A stretch of DNA of 64,000 nucleotides. Origin: an uncultured virus (IMG/VR IMGVR_UViG_3300034062_006335). Lineage: Duplodnaviria; Heunggongvirae; Uroviricota; Caudoviricetes. Location of the stretch: IMG/VR virus record IMGVR_UViG_3300034062_006335; one strand, given 5' to 3'. The number at the start of each line of letters is the position of its first letter. Position 1 is the stretch's first letter. Made by a program: the position numbers and the translations under genes. Shown piece by piece: positions 1-10,598 of the stretch. Below the pieces are notes generated by a model. It had not been told where the DNA came from and did not search any database. It saw only the letters and a list, made by a program, of their open reading frames with translations.

Positions 1-666
1 GAAACTATCAAAGACTCCTTCAACAAGGTATATATCTTTTTTCCAATCAATTAAACTCTCATTAAAAATTAAAAAGTCTTTTGATGCTTCAGGGTTTTTG
101 TATTTTAATTTACTTCGTGGGTTCCATGACCTAGATACAAAAAAGTTTAGTTCTCCTTTTTTATCAAAAGACGGAACAATAATTCTACCAGCATATTCAC
201 CCTCTAAACATAAACCAATCTGATACTTCTCAATAATCTCATCAGTGATTCCTCTTTTTTTCAAATAATTAAAAGCCTCTTTTCTTGGAATATGAAGTGG
301 GTGTATCTCGTCAAACTTTTTATATTCTTTTGGTAATTCAAGTTTCTTGTAAACCTTTTCTTTTTTTTCAAACTCATCAGGTCTAATTAACTTGTATATT
401 TTCTTATCTTTTTTTGAACCAAACTTATCTATAAGTTTTCCTAAGTGACCGTGAGTTGCGTGTGTCTCGGCACACGCCCAGCACTTGTACACATGCTGTT
501 GATAATTAATCTCAAGGTTTCCTTTTCCGTCTAACTTGTCAAGACCTTTAATTGTATATGAACACACAGGACAATCAACCGAGATTTGACCTCTCAGTTC
601 ATTTACCGATTTTGGTTCCCCAAAGATATTACCAATAAGGTCTATGATTAACTCTTCTGCGTTCAC
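1..666 (-). CDS. DNA primase (DnaG/T4 gp61-like), runs off the window start; not in the ORF track
   Basis: Manual translation from GTG at 666: MNAEELIIDLIGNIFGEPK..., Zn-finger CPVC...CWAC, YLKKRGI, GRIIVP and TOPRIM motif IYLVEGVFDSF at the window edge. Confidence 0.9.
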   Translation of the reverse strand, partial: MNAEELIIDLIGNIFGEPKSVNELRGQISVDCPVCSYTIKGLDKLDGKGNLEINYQQHVYKCWACAETHATHGHLGKLIDKFGSKKDKKIYKLIRPDEFEKKEKVYKKLELPKEYKKFDEIHPLHIPRKEAFNYLKKRGITDEIIEKYQIGLCLEGEYAGRIIVPSFDKKGELNFFVSRSWNPRSKLKYKNPEASKDFLIFNESLIDWKKDIYLVEGVFDSF

Positions 667-672
667 ATATAA

Positions 673-700
673 AAGATAAGAATTTTATATGGATTGTCAA
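673..700 (-). promoter_or_regulatory. Sigma70-like promoter TTGACA-N16-TATCTT for the primase
   Basis: Minus-strand TTGACA at 695-700 and TATCTT at 673-678, directly after a terminator. Confidence 0.65.
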
Positions 701-704
701 TTAA

Positions 705-730
705 CAAAAAACCCACCTTTTTGGGTGGGT
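705..730 (-). terminator. Intrinsic terminator
   Basis: Stem ACCCACC/GGTGGGT followed by a T-run on the minus strand, just downstream of ORF 748-1275. Confidence 0.8.
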
Positions 731-747
731 TTAATTTTTATTAATAA

Positions 748-1275
748 TTAGTCGTCTGATGAATCACAATTATCAAGACAATGTGATTCTAATTCTTCAG
801 AATCAATTTTGAATGATTTTTGTCCTGTTCCAATCCCTCTTTCTTTTCCTCTCATATATAATTGTCCCTTAGAACAATCAAAGTATAATTCAAGTTCGGT
901 CGCTTTAAGTTCATCTCCCGAGTCTACGAAGTCTTTGAAAGGTTTTTTTCTACCTTCCCTATTTCCTGTTAAAAAACGATACAACCTCATATCGCATCCT
1001 TCAGATGGTCCATTTTCAAAATATTCAGGAAAACTACTAAATTCGGTTACTAAAAATACGGTATTACAACCTAAACCATCACGGGTTTGTGATTCGCAAC
1101 CTTGTTTTCCCATTCTTACATTCATAATGTCCATACCACACTTTGGGTCTTTTATTACAAATTTTTTTCCTGTTAATTTTCCAACTTGCATCCTCATGGA
1201 TGTTTCAGATTCATTAATAACCCTTTTAACAATCCTTGCTAAATCAGATTCGGTCAGTCTTACAATTTTTTTCAT
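748..1275 (-). CDS. Cys-rich hypothetical protein with MKKIVRLTESDL leader (possible virion-internal protein)
   Basis: First ~26 aa nearly identical to the neighbouring ORF; the remainder is unrelated. Confidence 0.75.
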   Translation of the reverse strand: MKKIVRLTESDLARIVKRVINESETSMRMQVGKLTGKKFVIKDPKCGMDIMNVRMGKQGCESQTRDGLGCNTVFLVTEFSSFPEYFENGPSEGCDMRLYRFLTGNREGRKKPFKDFVDSGDELKATELELYFDCSKGQLYMRGKERGIGTGQKSFKIDSEELESHCLDNCDSSDD

Positions 1276-1296
1276 AATATTTTTTATTTTAAAATT

Positions 1297-1749
1297 TTAT
1301 ACGTCAATTTCAGGGTCAACCATAAAATCTTGGCTTCTACCGTCTTTCGAAACCAAATTTATATAACACTCACTTTGAAAGGAGTCTGAAATCTCGTCAG
1401 AAATTTCTTCTATCCAAGTTTTAATTTTACTATAAAATCTGTTTCCAGGTGTTACGTCCATTTTTAGTTGCTGAATTGCAGCGTTTTCAAATGCCATAGC
1501 AGCAGCATTATCTTCATCGTCCCAAAATCTTTGATATTTTTTAAAAAATTCTTTATAGGACTTATTTTGTAGTTTGAATTTTTTTGGTTCGGGGTCAAAA
1601 AATAAATTTGAGCTACCTTCCCACCAACTTTCCATGTTTCCGCAAAAATTTACAGCAGAATCGTACTCAAGGTCGGTTTCTGATTCGTTAATAACTCGTC
1701 TAACAATACGTGATAAATCAGATTCGGTTAGTCTTACAATTTTTTTCAT
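1297..1749 (-). CDS. Acidic hypothetical protein with MKKIVRLTESDL leader
   Basis: Same leader; TATTTATA motif at 1763-1770 upstream. Confidence 0.75.
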   Translation of the reverse strand: MKKIVRLTESDLSRIVRRVINESETDLEYDSAVNFCGNMESWWEGSSNLFFDPEPKKFKLQNKSYKEFFKKYQRFWDDEDNAAAMAFENAAIQQLKMDVTPGNRFYSKIKTWIEEISDEISDSFQSECYINLVSKDGRSQDFMVDPEIDV

Positions 1750-1795
1750 AATATTTTTTATTTATAAATATATCATTAATCAAAAAAAAAAAGAC

Positions 1796-2401
1796 TTACC
1801 AAATTTTTGTTTCTTTCATGTAACCCAAAACACAAGTGTATGAATCTGCCATATCAAAACATTCTTTTTTCAAAGTATTGTTTTTTGTATATAACCATCT
1901 AATTTGTGGTTCTTTATCTGATACTTTTTTCCAAATTAATTCTTTTTTATCCACATCTTTTGGTAATCCACCAAACAATACGAATTTGTTTTTATCATTT
2001 TTTTGAATTAAATCGGGCCATGCAAATTTTCTTGAATTGTAAGTTGAAATATAATCGGGAACTATTCCCAAAATGTCGTAAATTGATTTACTAATCATCG
2101 AATTGTATCTAAGAAGTGTTCCAACTGTCCAAACATTGTTTGAATTTAATAATGGTTCTTCAATTACAACTTTTGTTATCCCTAAGTTTTTGTATCCATT
2201 TAACTTTTCCTCAAAAGCCACTACTTTCATTAGTAATTCTTGAATTTTATTTTCTTGTTTTGGTTTAATTACTGGTGAGAAATGTGTAAGTTCCAATAAC
2301 TCTTTTGTTTGTATATCAAACAAACTCCACCCAATTGTTTTTGTGGAAATATCTAATCCAAGTACTTTTGGAGAATTTTTTAAATCATGTTTTTGACTCA
2401 T
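1796..2401 (-). CDS. RuvC-like Holliday junction resolvase
   Basis: RNase H-fold acidic motifs VLGLDISTKTIGWS, VVIEEP and DMADS. Confidence 0.8.
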   Translation of the reverse strand: MSQKHDLKNSPKVLGLDISTKTIGWSLFDIQTKELLELTHFSPVIKPKQENKIQELLMKVVAFEEKLNGYKNLGITKVVIEEPLLNSNNVWTVGTLLRYNSMISKSIYDILGIVPDYISTYNSRKFAWPDLIQKNDKNKFVLFGGLPKDVDKKELIWKKVSDKEPQIRWLYTKNNTLKKECFDMADSYTCVLGYMKETKIW

Positions 2402-2406
2402 AAGGA

Positions 2407-4620
2407 CTAAAAATCTAACTTAATCGGATACTGTTGTATACCTTGTCTTTTTTCAGGTGACTGTATCTTCGATATAACCATAAGTTCTTTGTCTGCGTTG
2501 TAAAGAGCAACCTCTGTAACATAAGGTGGTGTTGTACCATCCCATGTTGGGTTAGATGAATCAAAAAACTGTGTTTGTCCTAAGTTACACAAAAAGTTCA
2601 TCACATAAATTGTGGCTTGAATATCTGTTTGAATATTACCAAAAAAGAAATACTCCCCCCCAAAATTTAAAGTTAGACCTGAACTCGCACCAATAGGTAC
2701 TAAATTTATATAGTTATTTAAATTATAGGTACCTGCGGTATCATACATATTTTTAGTCAATTGAATTGTGGTTCCTGTCATTCCTGTTTGAGTCAAAAAT
2801 CCCCCAACAGTAGTTGCCGACAATTGTGACATAATATTAATTTCTTTCCATGCTGTGGCACTTGGTCTTGTTGTTCCACTTGACACTTTTTGTGCAATTA
2901 ATTTTATTTCATTTGCCGTAAATCCACTTGGAGTTGTAAAACTTGATTGTAAAAAAGGAAACTCATTTCCAAATCTAACTAAAATGTCCGAAGCTCCCGG
3001 TAACAAACTTTGGTCATTTCCCGAAATAGTTGTGTAATAATTACAATGTAATGAGTTTGTAAATGCGGTGTTAGAAAATACATACGTTAAATAAAGTGTT
3101 TCGGTATTACCTGATAATAATCCTACCGTTCCACCTAAAACTCCTCCAAATGTGTTTGGAGTTACTAAACCTAATTTAGGTGCTGGTAATGTCCATGACC
3201 TGTTGGATTTATAATTAAGTGCCGCGACCAACTCCTCATCATCAAAAATAATCATTTTATAATCAGGAAAAACTTTACCAACTCTATTAGGGTATCCATT
3301 ACTATTAGCATGTCTGTCCCAAAGGTGGTAATATCTCATACCAGGTTCGTTAAATTCAGGGTCTCTTTTAGACTCAATATAGTGGGGTTCAAATAGATTT
3401 AAGTTTGTAAAACCTGATGGGTCTGTAAAAAATTCTTCACCCATAACTCTACTTGAGTTCTTATGCCACATTAACCACGGAATAGACAGTTTGAAGTTTC
3501 GAGCTTGTCCTGTACCACCAGGATTAGTTGCGTCATAATCCTCTTGTGCGAATTTTTCACCATAGAAATTATCAATAGATTGATTTGTATAATGAATAAT
3601 TGCAATTGCTTTTTGTTCTTCAGGTGTTACTGTTATTTTTTCAGCAAAAGAATTATAATAATACACTGAGTCCGTATCTAATTGAGCGGAACTACTTTTG
3701 TATCCAAAATATTCTTTTGAGCCTGTGTATCCTGTGGATTTGAATTTATTAAAATCTTCAAAGGTATTACTGAATAAACCTGCCGGTGATTCTGTCCATG
3801 GTATGTTCATGTTCCAAACATATACATCTCTTTGTGCTACGTCACAATTAGTTTCAAAGTTAATGACATCGTTTGCCCAAAAAGGTGCTGGTGTAAATGT
3901 GTCGTAAAGAGCAGTCATTCCACTTGGATAAAACATAACTCGTGAATTACCACTTAACCCCATCGAACCAAAATTTGGTATTTGTCTATCAACTCGTACT
4001 GAGACTGTAGTTGCAGTTGAAGTGTTTCCTGTTACACCAACAACTAAATAAGTAAACATTGGACCCGCGCCTGAGAATGGTGTGACACTTCCATTAGTGA
4101 AAACCATCATAAACATACCCGGTGTAACAGTACCTGATGTTGATGCGTTAATTGTATTTGCGGTTAATGTAAATACGGTACCTGAAGTTATACCTGTATT
4201 ATTTATTACAAAATTAGGGTTTATAGTTAATGCTGTTGTTGTATAAGCACTGTATACCGCAGGAGTTCCTGTGGTACCAGTAAAGAAACCTCTTGGTGCT
4301 GCCGTATTATAAACGCTATCTATATATGATGCGTCAAAAGGGATACCGTAAGTACTTCCTGAAGTTGAGTCCAAAAAGATTGGGTACTTTACTTCTAATC
4401 TGTTTTTTTGTGGAACAGGTGCTAAGTTTTGTGTATTGAATTGTGGCATCAAGACATTGTATTGTACAGGGTCCAAACCACTAATACAATTATAACAAAC
4501 TTCACTATCACCTATTTGAAAATATGATATATCAAATTTACCTTGAGAAATTTTCTTCCTTGCAGCATCGGTGGTTAATGTGTTAATTAATGCTGCGGTA
4601 TTTTTCAGTATGTATGACAT
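2407..4620 (-). CDS. Baseplate / tail-fibre attachment protein
   Basis: N-terminal LTTDAARKKIS..ISYFQIGD and C-terminal YVTEVALYN..LMVISK resemble the split P2 gpH N-terminal (tail-collar) domain; Thr/Ser/Gly-rich inserts lie between. Confidence 0.6.
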   Translation of the reverse strand: MSYILKNTAALINTLTTDAARKKISQGKFDISYFQIGDSEVCYNCISGLDPVQYNVLMPQFNTQNLAPVPQKNRLEVKYPIFLDSTSGSTYGIPFDASYIDSVYNTAAPRGFFTGTTGTPAVYSAYTTTALTINPNFVINNTGITSGTVFTLTANTINASTSGTVTPGMFMMVFTNGSVTPFSGAGPMFTYLVVGVTGNTSTATTVSVRVDRQIPNFGSMGLSGNSRVMFYPSGMTALYDTFTPAPFWANDVINFETNCDVAQRDVYVWNMNIPWTESPAGLFSNTFEDFNKFKSTGYTGSKEYFGYKSSSAQLDTDSVYYYNSFAEKITVTPEEQKAIAIIHYTNQSIDNFYGEKFAQEDYDATNPGGTGQARNFKLSIPWLMWHKNSSRVMGEEFFTDPSGFTNLNLFEPHYIESKRDPEFNEPGMRYYHLWDRHANSNGYPNRVGKVFPDYKMIIFDDEELVAALNYKSNRSWTLPAPKLGLVTPNTFGGVLGGTVGLLSGNTETLYLTYVFSNTAFTNSLHCNYYTTISGNDQSLLPGASDILVRFGNEFPFLQSSFTTPSGFTANEIKLIAQKVSSGTTRPSATAWKEINIMSQLSATTVGGFLTQTGMTGTTIQLTKNMYDTAGTYNLNNYINLVPIGASSGLTLNFGGEYFFFGNIQTDIQATIYVMNFLCNLGQTQFFDSSNPTWDGTTPPYVTEVALYNADKELMVISKIQSPEKRQGIQQYPIKLDF

Positions 4621-4647
4621 ATAAAATAAATATTCTTTTTTACTTTT

Positions 4648-6234
4648 TTATAAACAACTTAATCCTGTTTTTGTTAGAGAAACTTGTTTAGGTTGCACAT
4701 TTTGACTAATAGACCTACATTGTGCTGGAGTAATAGTAATGTTAGATAATACAATTGTATCTACTAAATTTCCATATATTGGACAATTAGTTAATTCGTG
4801 ACAAGGTGTACTTATATATTGGACTATCGTTCCTGATGCGAAACCATTAGTGTTTAATTGTACTGTGTAAGATTGTGTTCTCGCACTCACATTTATAAAA
4901 CTACTTAAACAATTAGGTCTTACAGAAGAAGAACCTGAAGTTGTACCCGTAGAGATTAATGTTACAGTCGCATTAGGGTTTGTACTTGTTGTTATAGTAT
5001 TTGTTATTACAGGAACATCAAAGTATGATGTGTACCCTGTTGAGTTGATGTTAAATGTAAGATTCATATTGACCGTTACACCAGAAGGTAATGGTGTCGG
5101 TGAAAGTGTAATTGACCACTGTGAAGTTTTTGTTAGTGCGTTTCCAACAACAGTTGGGTTACCAGGTGTTAACGTTAAACTAACATTATAGTTTTGGAAA
5201 TTAACTTGTGCGGTTATTGTAAAACTTTGACTTGTTACTGTACCTAAAGAATCTTTAATGTATGCGGTATATGAGCCAACGGCTAAATTTAAAAAGACAC
5301 TTGAAATTTGATAATTGACCCCGTCCAATGAATATGTGTATGCCGGTACTCCACCATAACCAACTATTGTCGCACTACCATTATTGTTAGTCGAACAACT
5401 CGGTCCCGTTGGCTGCACTTGTATTATAAGTGGTGGATTTGGACATGTTCCTGTAACAACATTTATACTAGTGTTAAAAGCATTTGGTCCTGTTATTACC
5501 CATCCACCTGTCGGTGGTATATTATTAGTTTGATTATAAATTGTTCCATTTGTCCAACCACTTACCGTCCATTGTGTAGTTCCTGTATTATAATACATAG
5601 TATAACTTGGTGTTACACTTGTCCAAGAAGGGTACCCGTTTATAGTATTACCTGACGCAAAATTGTATTGTGTTGTTGTGTTGTTTTGAGTTTGTTGTAA
5701 ACACAAATTACTAGGGTAAACAGGTACAGGTGTTGGTGTTGGTAAACACTGTGTACAACCGGTGAAAGGACCTGCAGAGGACGTTGCAATTGTTGTGATA
5801 TATGTTTGTCCCGTATATAATGTTTGACCACTACTTGTCCAACAACCAACTTGTGAAGAAAGTGTGTAAATTGTACCAGCAGTAAATGGTTTCATCATGT
5901 CAGCAATATAATAAAGATACGAACCAGGTGTTGTACAACTTTCAAATTGTTCCAAATAAAAACTATCATATCCAACTTCACAAGTTGTGGTAGCACTAAA
6001 GTCTCCATAGTAGTCTACAACTGTTGCGGTATACTCTCCAGGTCTAAGATTTGTTAAAAGATTTCCCTGTCCTCCGTTACTCCACGTAATGTTGTATGGT
6101 GGTGTTCCTCCGGTAACAAATAAAGTTACAACACCATTTGATGATTCAGGTGTCGAAGAATTTATTGCATTACATTCAACTCCCAAAGGGAATAATGTTA
6201 TTATATTACAACTATTTCCACTTAATAAACCCAT
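4648..6234 (-). CDS. Virion fibre/adhesin-like protein with SprB repeats and Cys modules
   Basis: VTGGTPPYNITWSNG..LTNLRPGEYTATVVD and GYGGVPAYTYSLDG..FLNLAVGSYTAYIKD. Confidence 0.7.
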   Translation of the reverse strand: MGLLSGNSCNIITLFPLGVECNAINSSTPESSNGVVTLFVTGGTPPYNITWSNGGQGNLLTNLRPGEYTATVVDYYGDFSATTTCEVGYDSFYLEQFESCTTPGSYLYYIADMMKPFTAGTIYTLSSQVGCWTSSGQTLYTGQTYITTIATSSAGPFTGCTQCLPTPTPVPVYPSNLCLQQTQNNTTTQYNFASGNTINGYPSWTSVTPSYTMYYNTGTTQWTVSGWTNGTIYNQTNNIPPTGGWVITGPNAFNTSINVVTGTCPNPPLIIQVQPTGPSCSTNNNGSATIVGYGGVPAYTYSLDGVNYQISSVFLNLAVGSYTAYIKDSLGTVTSQSFTITAQVNFQNYNVSLTLTPGNPTVVGNALTKTSQWSITLSPTPLPSGVTVNMNLTFNINSTGYTSYFDVPVITNTITTSTNPNATVTLISTGTTSGSSSVRPNCLSSFINVSARTQSYTVQLNTNGFASGTIVQYISTPCHELTNCPIYGNLVDTIVLSNITITPAQCRSISQNVQPKQVSLTKTGLSCL

Positions 6235-6235
6235 C

Positions 6236-7843
6236 TTACCAAGTTGTTCCGCTTAATCTTTTCCAACCTGTGTTGTCTTTATAGTAAAAATAACTATTGT
6301 CCCATAGTAAAGAACCAGGTTCTCCTAATGTATCCAAACTACTTGTTGGTGTACCTGAATAAGCCAAAACAATGTTTGGAACATATACCGTATTTGATAA
6401 TGTTGCAGTAATACCAGTCCCTCCTAAAATAACTGAACGAAATGTACTTACCGTATTTCCTGAACCACCAATAATCGCAGAATCATAAACTGGCGCTGAA
6501 GGTCCGGAGCCTGTGATGGTATTATACTTTCCTCCTAAAATTGTTGAGTTATCCGTATTACCACTCTGAATTAAATTAATATTACCACCAAGTATTGCAC
6601 CTTGAGAATTATTAATTGTAGATTGGTTACTAAAAATAAAAGAGTATGTCCCGTTATTTATGTTATCATCTCCCCCCGCAAAAGCATAATCTGAGTTAAT
6701 TTCATTTGATGCCCCAATAATAAATGAAATATCCCCTTCAACCACATTAGAGACCCCAAAAGAAACTGAATTTGTTCCGACCACATAATTATTATTATTA
6801 AAAACACAAGAATTGATGCCAAATACGGTGTTGGCTTTTCCTTGTGCAAAAGTAGATTTACTTAATGCGTTATTAGTTTCATTTACAGCCATTGAAAAGT
6901 CTCCCAAGGCTGCAGCACTACTACCTTTAGTGTTAGAAACGAATCCGCCAACGTTTTGGTCACCATCCCAAGTAAAAACAGGTCCAGTATGTCCAACAAC
7001 CGCAAATGAGCTAGTACTTGTTGAAGTATCGTACAAATAAATTATTGTTTCACTTCCGTTAAAAGTTGCTCCAGATACTTGTCTATAGGTTTCATTTAAA
7101 GTATTTGCATATGACACATCATTTATATACACATAACGAGCTGAATCATATTCTGCTGTGATGTCACCATAAGAACTTGAAAGATAAATAACTCCAGCAG
7201 TCAATCCTGTTGCTAAATATCCTTTGTTTGTACCGGCCAAAGTTCTATAACCTTCAGCGTGTGAATAATCACCTATTGCAAGCGTATCTAAACCTTCAGC
7301 GTGAGAATAATTACCTACGGCTTTTACATTATCTCCAAAAGCAAAAGATAAAGTCCCTTGAGCGTCAGAACCTGTGGATTGAACTCTATTATGTACTGTT
7401 ATTTCGTTTGAACAAGCGTGAATATTATTTGTATAAAAACTTGTAATACAATTTCCTGAACCACCTGTAAATGGTGTTGTTAGTCCTGATACAGTAAAGG
7501 TCCCTCCCGTTGTATTTGTAAAAGTTATAGTACCACCCGTAGAATTAGATGTTCCCCCTGTTACAAATATTTCCGTAGGGATTGTCGTCCCCGTAGTAAA
7601 CCCACTCACATTAAATGTGCCTCCAGTTGTGTTTCTAAATGTTGCAGTTCCTGTAATGTTACTATAGGTACCACCCGTTACAAATACATCAGGTGAACCT
7701 CCGAATAAAGGAACCAATTGCCTTAATGTTGCTTTATATGATGAACCATCAATACTTTGAGATGTATCTCCTGTTATTACAATGTGTATAAGGTCATTCA
7801 ACGTTGCGCCTGTTGCTAATGTCCTTGATGTTAATTTTGCCAT
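6236..7843 (-). CDS. Tail fibre/spike with YadA-head-like beta-roll repeats
   Basis: GNYSHAEG/GDYSHAEG and xAILGGxxN repeats, duplicated FVTGGT..TFxNTTGGTFxVSG unit, C-terminal GEPGSLLWDNSYFYYK..WKR. Confidence 0.7.
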   Translation of the reverse strand: MAKLTSRTLATGATLNDLIHIVITGDTSQSIDGSSYKATLRQLVPLFGGSPDVFVTGGTYSNITGTATFRNTTGGTFNVSGFTTGTTIPTEIFVTGGTSNSTGGTITFTNTTGGTFTVSGLTTPFTGGSGNCITSFYTNNIHACSNEITVHNRVQSTGSDAQGTLSFAFGDNVKAVGNYSHAEGLDTLAIGDYSHAEGYRTLAGTNKGYLATGLTAGVIYLSSSYGDITAEYDSARYVYINDVSYANTLNETYRQVSGATFNGSETIIYLYDTSTSTSSFAVVGHTGPVFTWDGDQNVGGFVSNTKGSSAAALGDFSMAVNETNNALSKSTFAQGKANTVFGINSCVFNNNNYVVGTNSVSFGVSNVVEGDISFIIGASNEINSDYAFAGGDDNINNGTYSFIFSNQSTINNSQGAILGGNINLIQSGNTDNSTILGGKYNTITGSGPSAPVYDSAIIGGSGNTVSTFRSVILGGTGITATLSNTVYVPNIVLAYSGTPTSSLDTLGEPGSLLWDNSYFYYKDNTGWKRLSGTTW

Positions 7844-7867
7844 TTCTTATTTAAAACATTTTTTATT

Positions 7868-8155
7868 TTATTGAAAATCATAATATACTCCGTCCATAAA
7901 TTCCATACAATCTCCATCTTGAAACTGTTTTGAAAAACATTGGTCACTACAATAAATACAACCATTATTATCTATTATTTTTATAACATAAGTTGGGTAG
8001 GTTTCAAAAATAGTAGGTAATGTAAAACTATACGGTACTGTTGTTATTGTGTTTATATATTGACAAGTACCTGCTGTTGTACAATCATCGCAGACCCAAA
8101 CGTCATATGGTGACGCTCCTGATGTTATTGAATTAATTGTTACTAATATTGGCAT
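7868..8155 (-). CDS. Small SprB-like single-domain virion protein (paralog 1)
   Basis: ITSGASPYDVWVCD..C..IKIIDNNGC; C-terminal FQDGDCMEFMDG. Confidence 0.65.
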   Translation of the reverse strand: MPILVTINSITSGASPYDVWVCDDCTTAGTCQYINTITTVPYSFTLPTIFETYPTYVIKIIDNNGCIYCSDQCFSKQFQDGDCMEFMDGVYYDFQ

Positions 8156-8156
8156 C

Positions 8157-9755
8157 TTACTTACAATTTCCGTTTAATCTACAATATTGTGTTATAAATC
8201 CGTTTTTATCTACACTATATATATAATTTCCATACTGAATAAAGTCTTCACTTATTGGTGTTGTAAGTGAACTATCTTGGAAGATACAATCTCCTGTTGA
8301 TAATGTTGTAACTACATTTGTTGTATAGAATGTTAATGGTTTTCCATAATCTGTAATTTGACATACAGGACAATTCAAAGAGTACCCTCCTTTACCTGTC
8401 CATTCTGTATATGTGTTTACTGGTGTTGTCACGGTTAAACATTCTAAACATGTAGTATATGTTGTCGCAGTTGTTGCTGTAAATTCATTTACAGTTGCAA
8501 CGATGTAACCTGACGGAGCAACATAGTTTATATAATTTCCAACGTATGAGTAACAGTCTCCTGATGTTGTTTTCAAAATTTGACCAACCGATAATCCTGT
8601 AGGTGGATACGCTGTTTGTAATATCATACTGTTAGTTGTACATGAAGTAAATACAAAGGTAGTTCCAGGAGCAAGTGTCGGTGTAGGTGTTGGAGTTGCC
8701 GTTGGTGTAGGTGTTGGAGTTGCCGTTGGTGTAGGTGTTGGTGTCGGTAGTGCTGAAACACAAATCGCGCAGTCCGTATAAGCAGTTATAACATATTGTA
8801 CAAACGCATTCGCACTTCCCATAATGTTTTGTGTGTATGTTGCACAAACAAAATCTCCGTTAATAATTGCCTGTATCGTTGTACCTGTTAATGTTATTGT
8901 AGTTGCTGTAGAACCTGTGAGTAGAAGAGGCCCACTAACGTAATATTTGTTGTTATTACTACAGTCAACAAGTTCCTTAACTGTTGCACACTCAAAATAA
9001 CCACTATCAACAACAAATGTAACAGTATCCGCCGATGGTATAACGGTAGGTGTTGGTGTAGGTGTTGGTGTAGGTGTTGGGCTTGGTGTTGGTGTTGGGT
9101 ATGATAAAGTTATGTCGGCAGTGAAACCACTACAAACATCAACAGTTGGAGTAGGTGTTGGGGTTGGAGTGGGCGTTGGGGTAGGAGTGGGTGTTGGTGT
9201 TGGAGTTGGAAAATCGCAGTTTAAAACTACATCAAAATCTAAAACACTACATGGGTCATTTGGTGTAGGTGAAGGCACACAAGTTCCAAAATACATAATT
9301 GACTCATCTAAATCAGGACATATTGCAGTATTAGGATTAGACCCAAAGAAATAACAAGTACCACCTAAACTATTACTTAGACACCAATTTATATTATTAT
9401 AATAAATGTATCCTAATAATCCAGTACCTCCCGTCCAATATGGTTTTCCGTTATAAGATGCATAAAATGTATAGTTTCCGCTATATGCAGAATAAGTTGC
9501 GTTTTGTATATTCAAGCATATGTTTTCATCACAACAATATTCTAAACAATCTGCACCACAACCCGCAATTGAGTCGGCAACACCATCAAATTCAACAAAA
9601 GTTCCCGTAACTCCTGTTACAACCGTGTAACAACCATCCATAATGTTGGTGTCTCCTGTGATTTCCCAACTTAATCCAGGCGTTATCAAATCAACCCAAG
9701 ATGTGGCACTATACACAAAATTGTAACAACAACTACTTAAAACTACATTTGCCAT
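8157..9755 (-). CDS. Cys-rich modular virion protein with three Pro-Thr linkers
   Basis: Repeated C..GC(Y)T..CxxCL modules separated by PT tracts; TATTTATA at 9773-9780 upstream. Confidence 0.75.
   Translation of the reverse strand: MANVVLSSCCYNFVYSATSWVDLITPGLSWEITGDTNIMDGCYTVVTGVTGTFVEFDGVADSIAGCGADCLEYCCDENICLNIQNATYSAYSGNYTFYASYNGKPYWTGGTGLLGYIYYNNINWCLSNSLGGTCYFFGSNPNTAICPDLDESIMYFGTCVPSPTPNDPCSVLDFDVVLNCDFPTPTPTPTPTPTPTPTPTPTPTVDVCSGFTADITLSYPTPTPSPTPTPTPTPTPTVIPSADTVTFVVDSGYFECATVKELVDCSNNNKYYVSGPLLLTGSTATTITLTGTTIQAIINGDFVCATYTQNIMGSANAFVQYVITAYTDCAICVSALPTPTPTPTATPTPTPTATPTPTPTLAPGTTFVFTSCTTNSMILQTAYPPTGLSVGQILKTTSGDCYSYVGNYINYVAPSGYIVATVNEFTATTATTYTTCLECLTVTTPVNTYTEWTGKGGYSLNCPVCQITDYGKPLTFYTTNVVTTLSTGDCIFQDSSLTTPISEDFIQYGNYIYSVDKNGFITQYCRLNGNCK
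8676..9209 (-). repeat. Three coding Pro-Thr tracts (8676-8747, 9045-9098, 9144-9209)
   Basis: ggtgtt/ggtgta hexamer runs on the + strand; includes (PT)11. Confidence 0.95.
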
Positions 9756-9806
9756 TAATTTACGTTATTATCTATAAATAACATTATTTTTATTTTATTG
9801 ATTATT

Positions 9807-10598
9807 TCAGTCAAATATTTCAAAATATTGACGCCAATCACATTTTATGACATTATAGTCTTCGGGATTTTTTAGATAACACAAGTCAAGATATTTTTCT
9901 TCACTACCAACATACCCCTCATCTAAGTAATAACTTATTAGGTTTAAAAATGTATCTAATAACTTGTTAATTCTATTATTGTTTGGTACAAAAATACAAC
10001 CACCATGAATAAATCTATATTGTGACATAATATGTAAATATGGGTCAATGTATGGGGTTTTTTCTTGGTGATTAAAAAAAGTAATCTTGTTATTATAACC
10101 ATCATTTATTTTATTCAAATTTGGCCAACCTATTATTTTTTCTTGTGAATAATTTCTAAGTACACCAGCATCCAACCATATAAAAAAGTCAGAATTGAAA
10201 TGATTTTTTTTAATTGACTCCAATATGTAAAATAACTTATTAAAAATAACTATGTTATATAAAGGTTTTGTCATTTCAGGAACTTGAAAGATGACTCTTT
10301 TTTTAAATTCTTCAGACATCATCAAATTTTCTACTTCTGTGAAAAAAAGTTTATGTGATTCTAATTCTTCAATTTTTTTTAAAACAATAATTGTTTTTTC
10401 TAAGTTTGGGTCACAGTCTTTTCTTTTATTCAAAATGGTTTCATATAAACTATCATCGGTATAAATAACCATATTGGTTTCATACATTAAAAGACTTGTC
10501 ATCCAATTTAAGTAAGTATCATATCCTTGTTGGTAGTTGTCCCATTTATCTCTTCCAATGTTAAAGAGTGCCGTAACTATTGTTGGATTTTGTATCAT
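9807..10598 (-). CDS. HtrL/YibB (WlaTC-like) family putative glycosyltransferase
   Basis: TIVTALFNIGR, YNIVIFNKLYF, FFIWLDAG, GGCIF, SEEKY. Likely start is ATG at 10598, in an ATGA overlap with the upstream stop. Confidence 0.65.
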   Translation of the reverse strand: MIQNPTIVTALFNIGRDKWDNYQQGYDTYLNWMTSLLMYETNMVIYTDDSLYETILNKRKDCDPNLEKTIIVLKKIEELESHKLFFTEVENLMMSEEFKKRVIFQVPEMTKPLYNIVIFNKLFYILESIKKNHFNSDFFIWLDAGVLRNYSQEKIIGWPNLNKINDGYNNKITFFNHQEKTPYIDPYLHIMSQYRFIHGGCIFVPNNNRINKLLDTFLNLISYYLDEGYVGSEEKYLDLCYLKNPEDYNVIKCDWRQYFEIFD

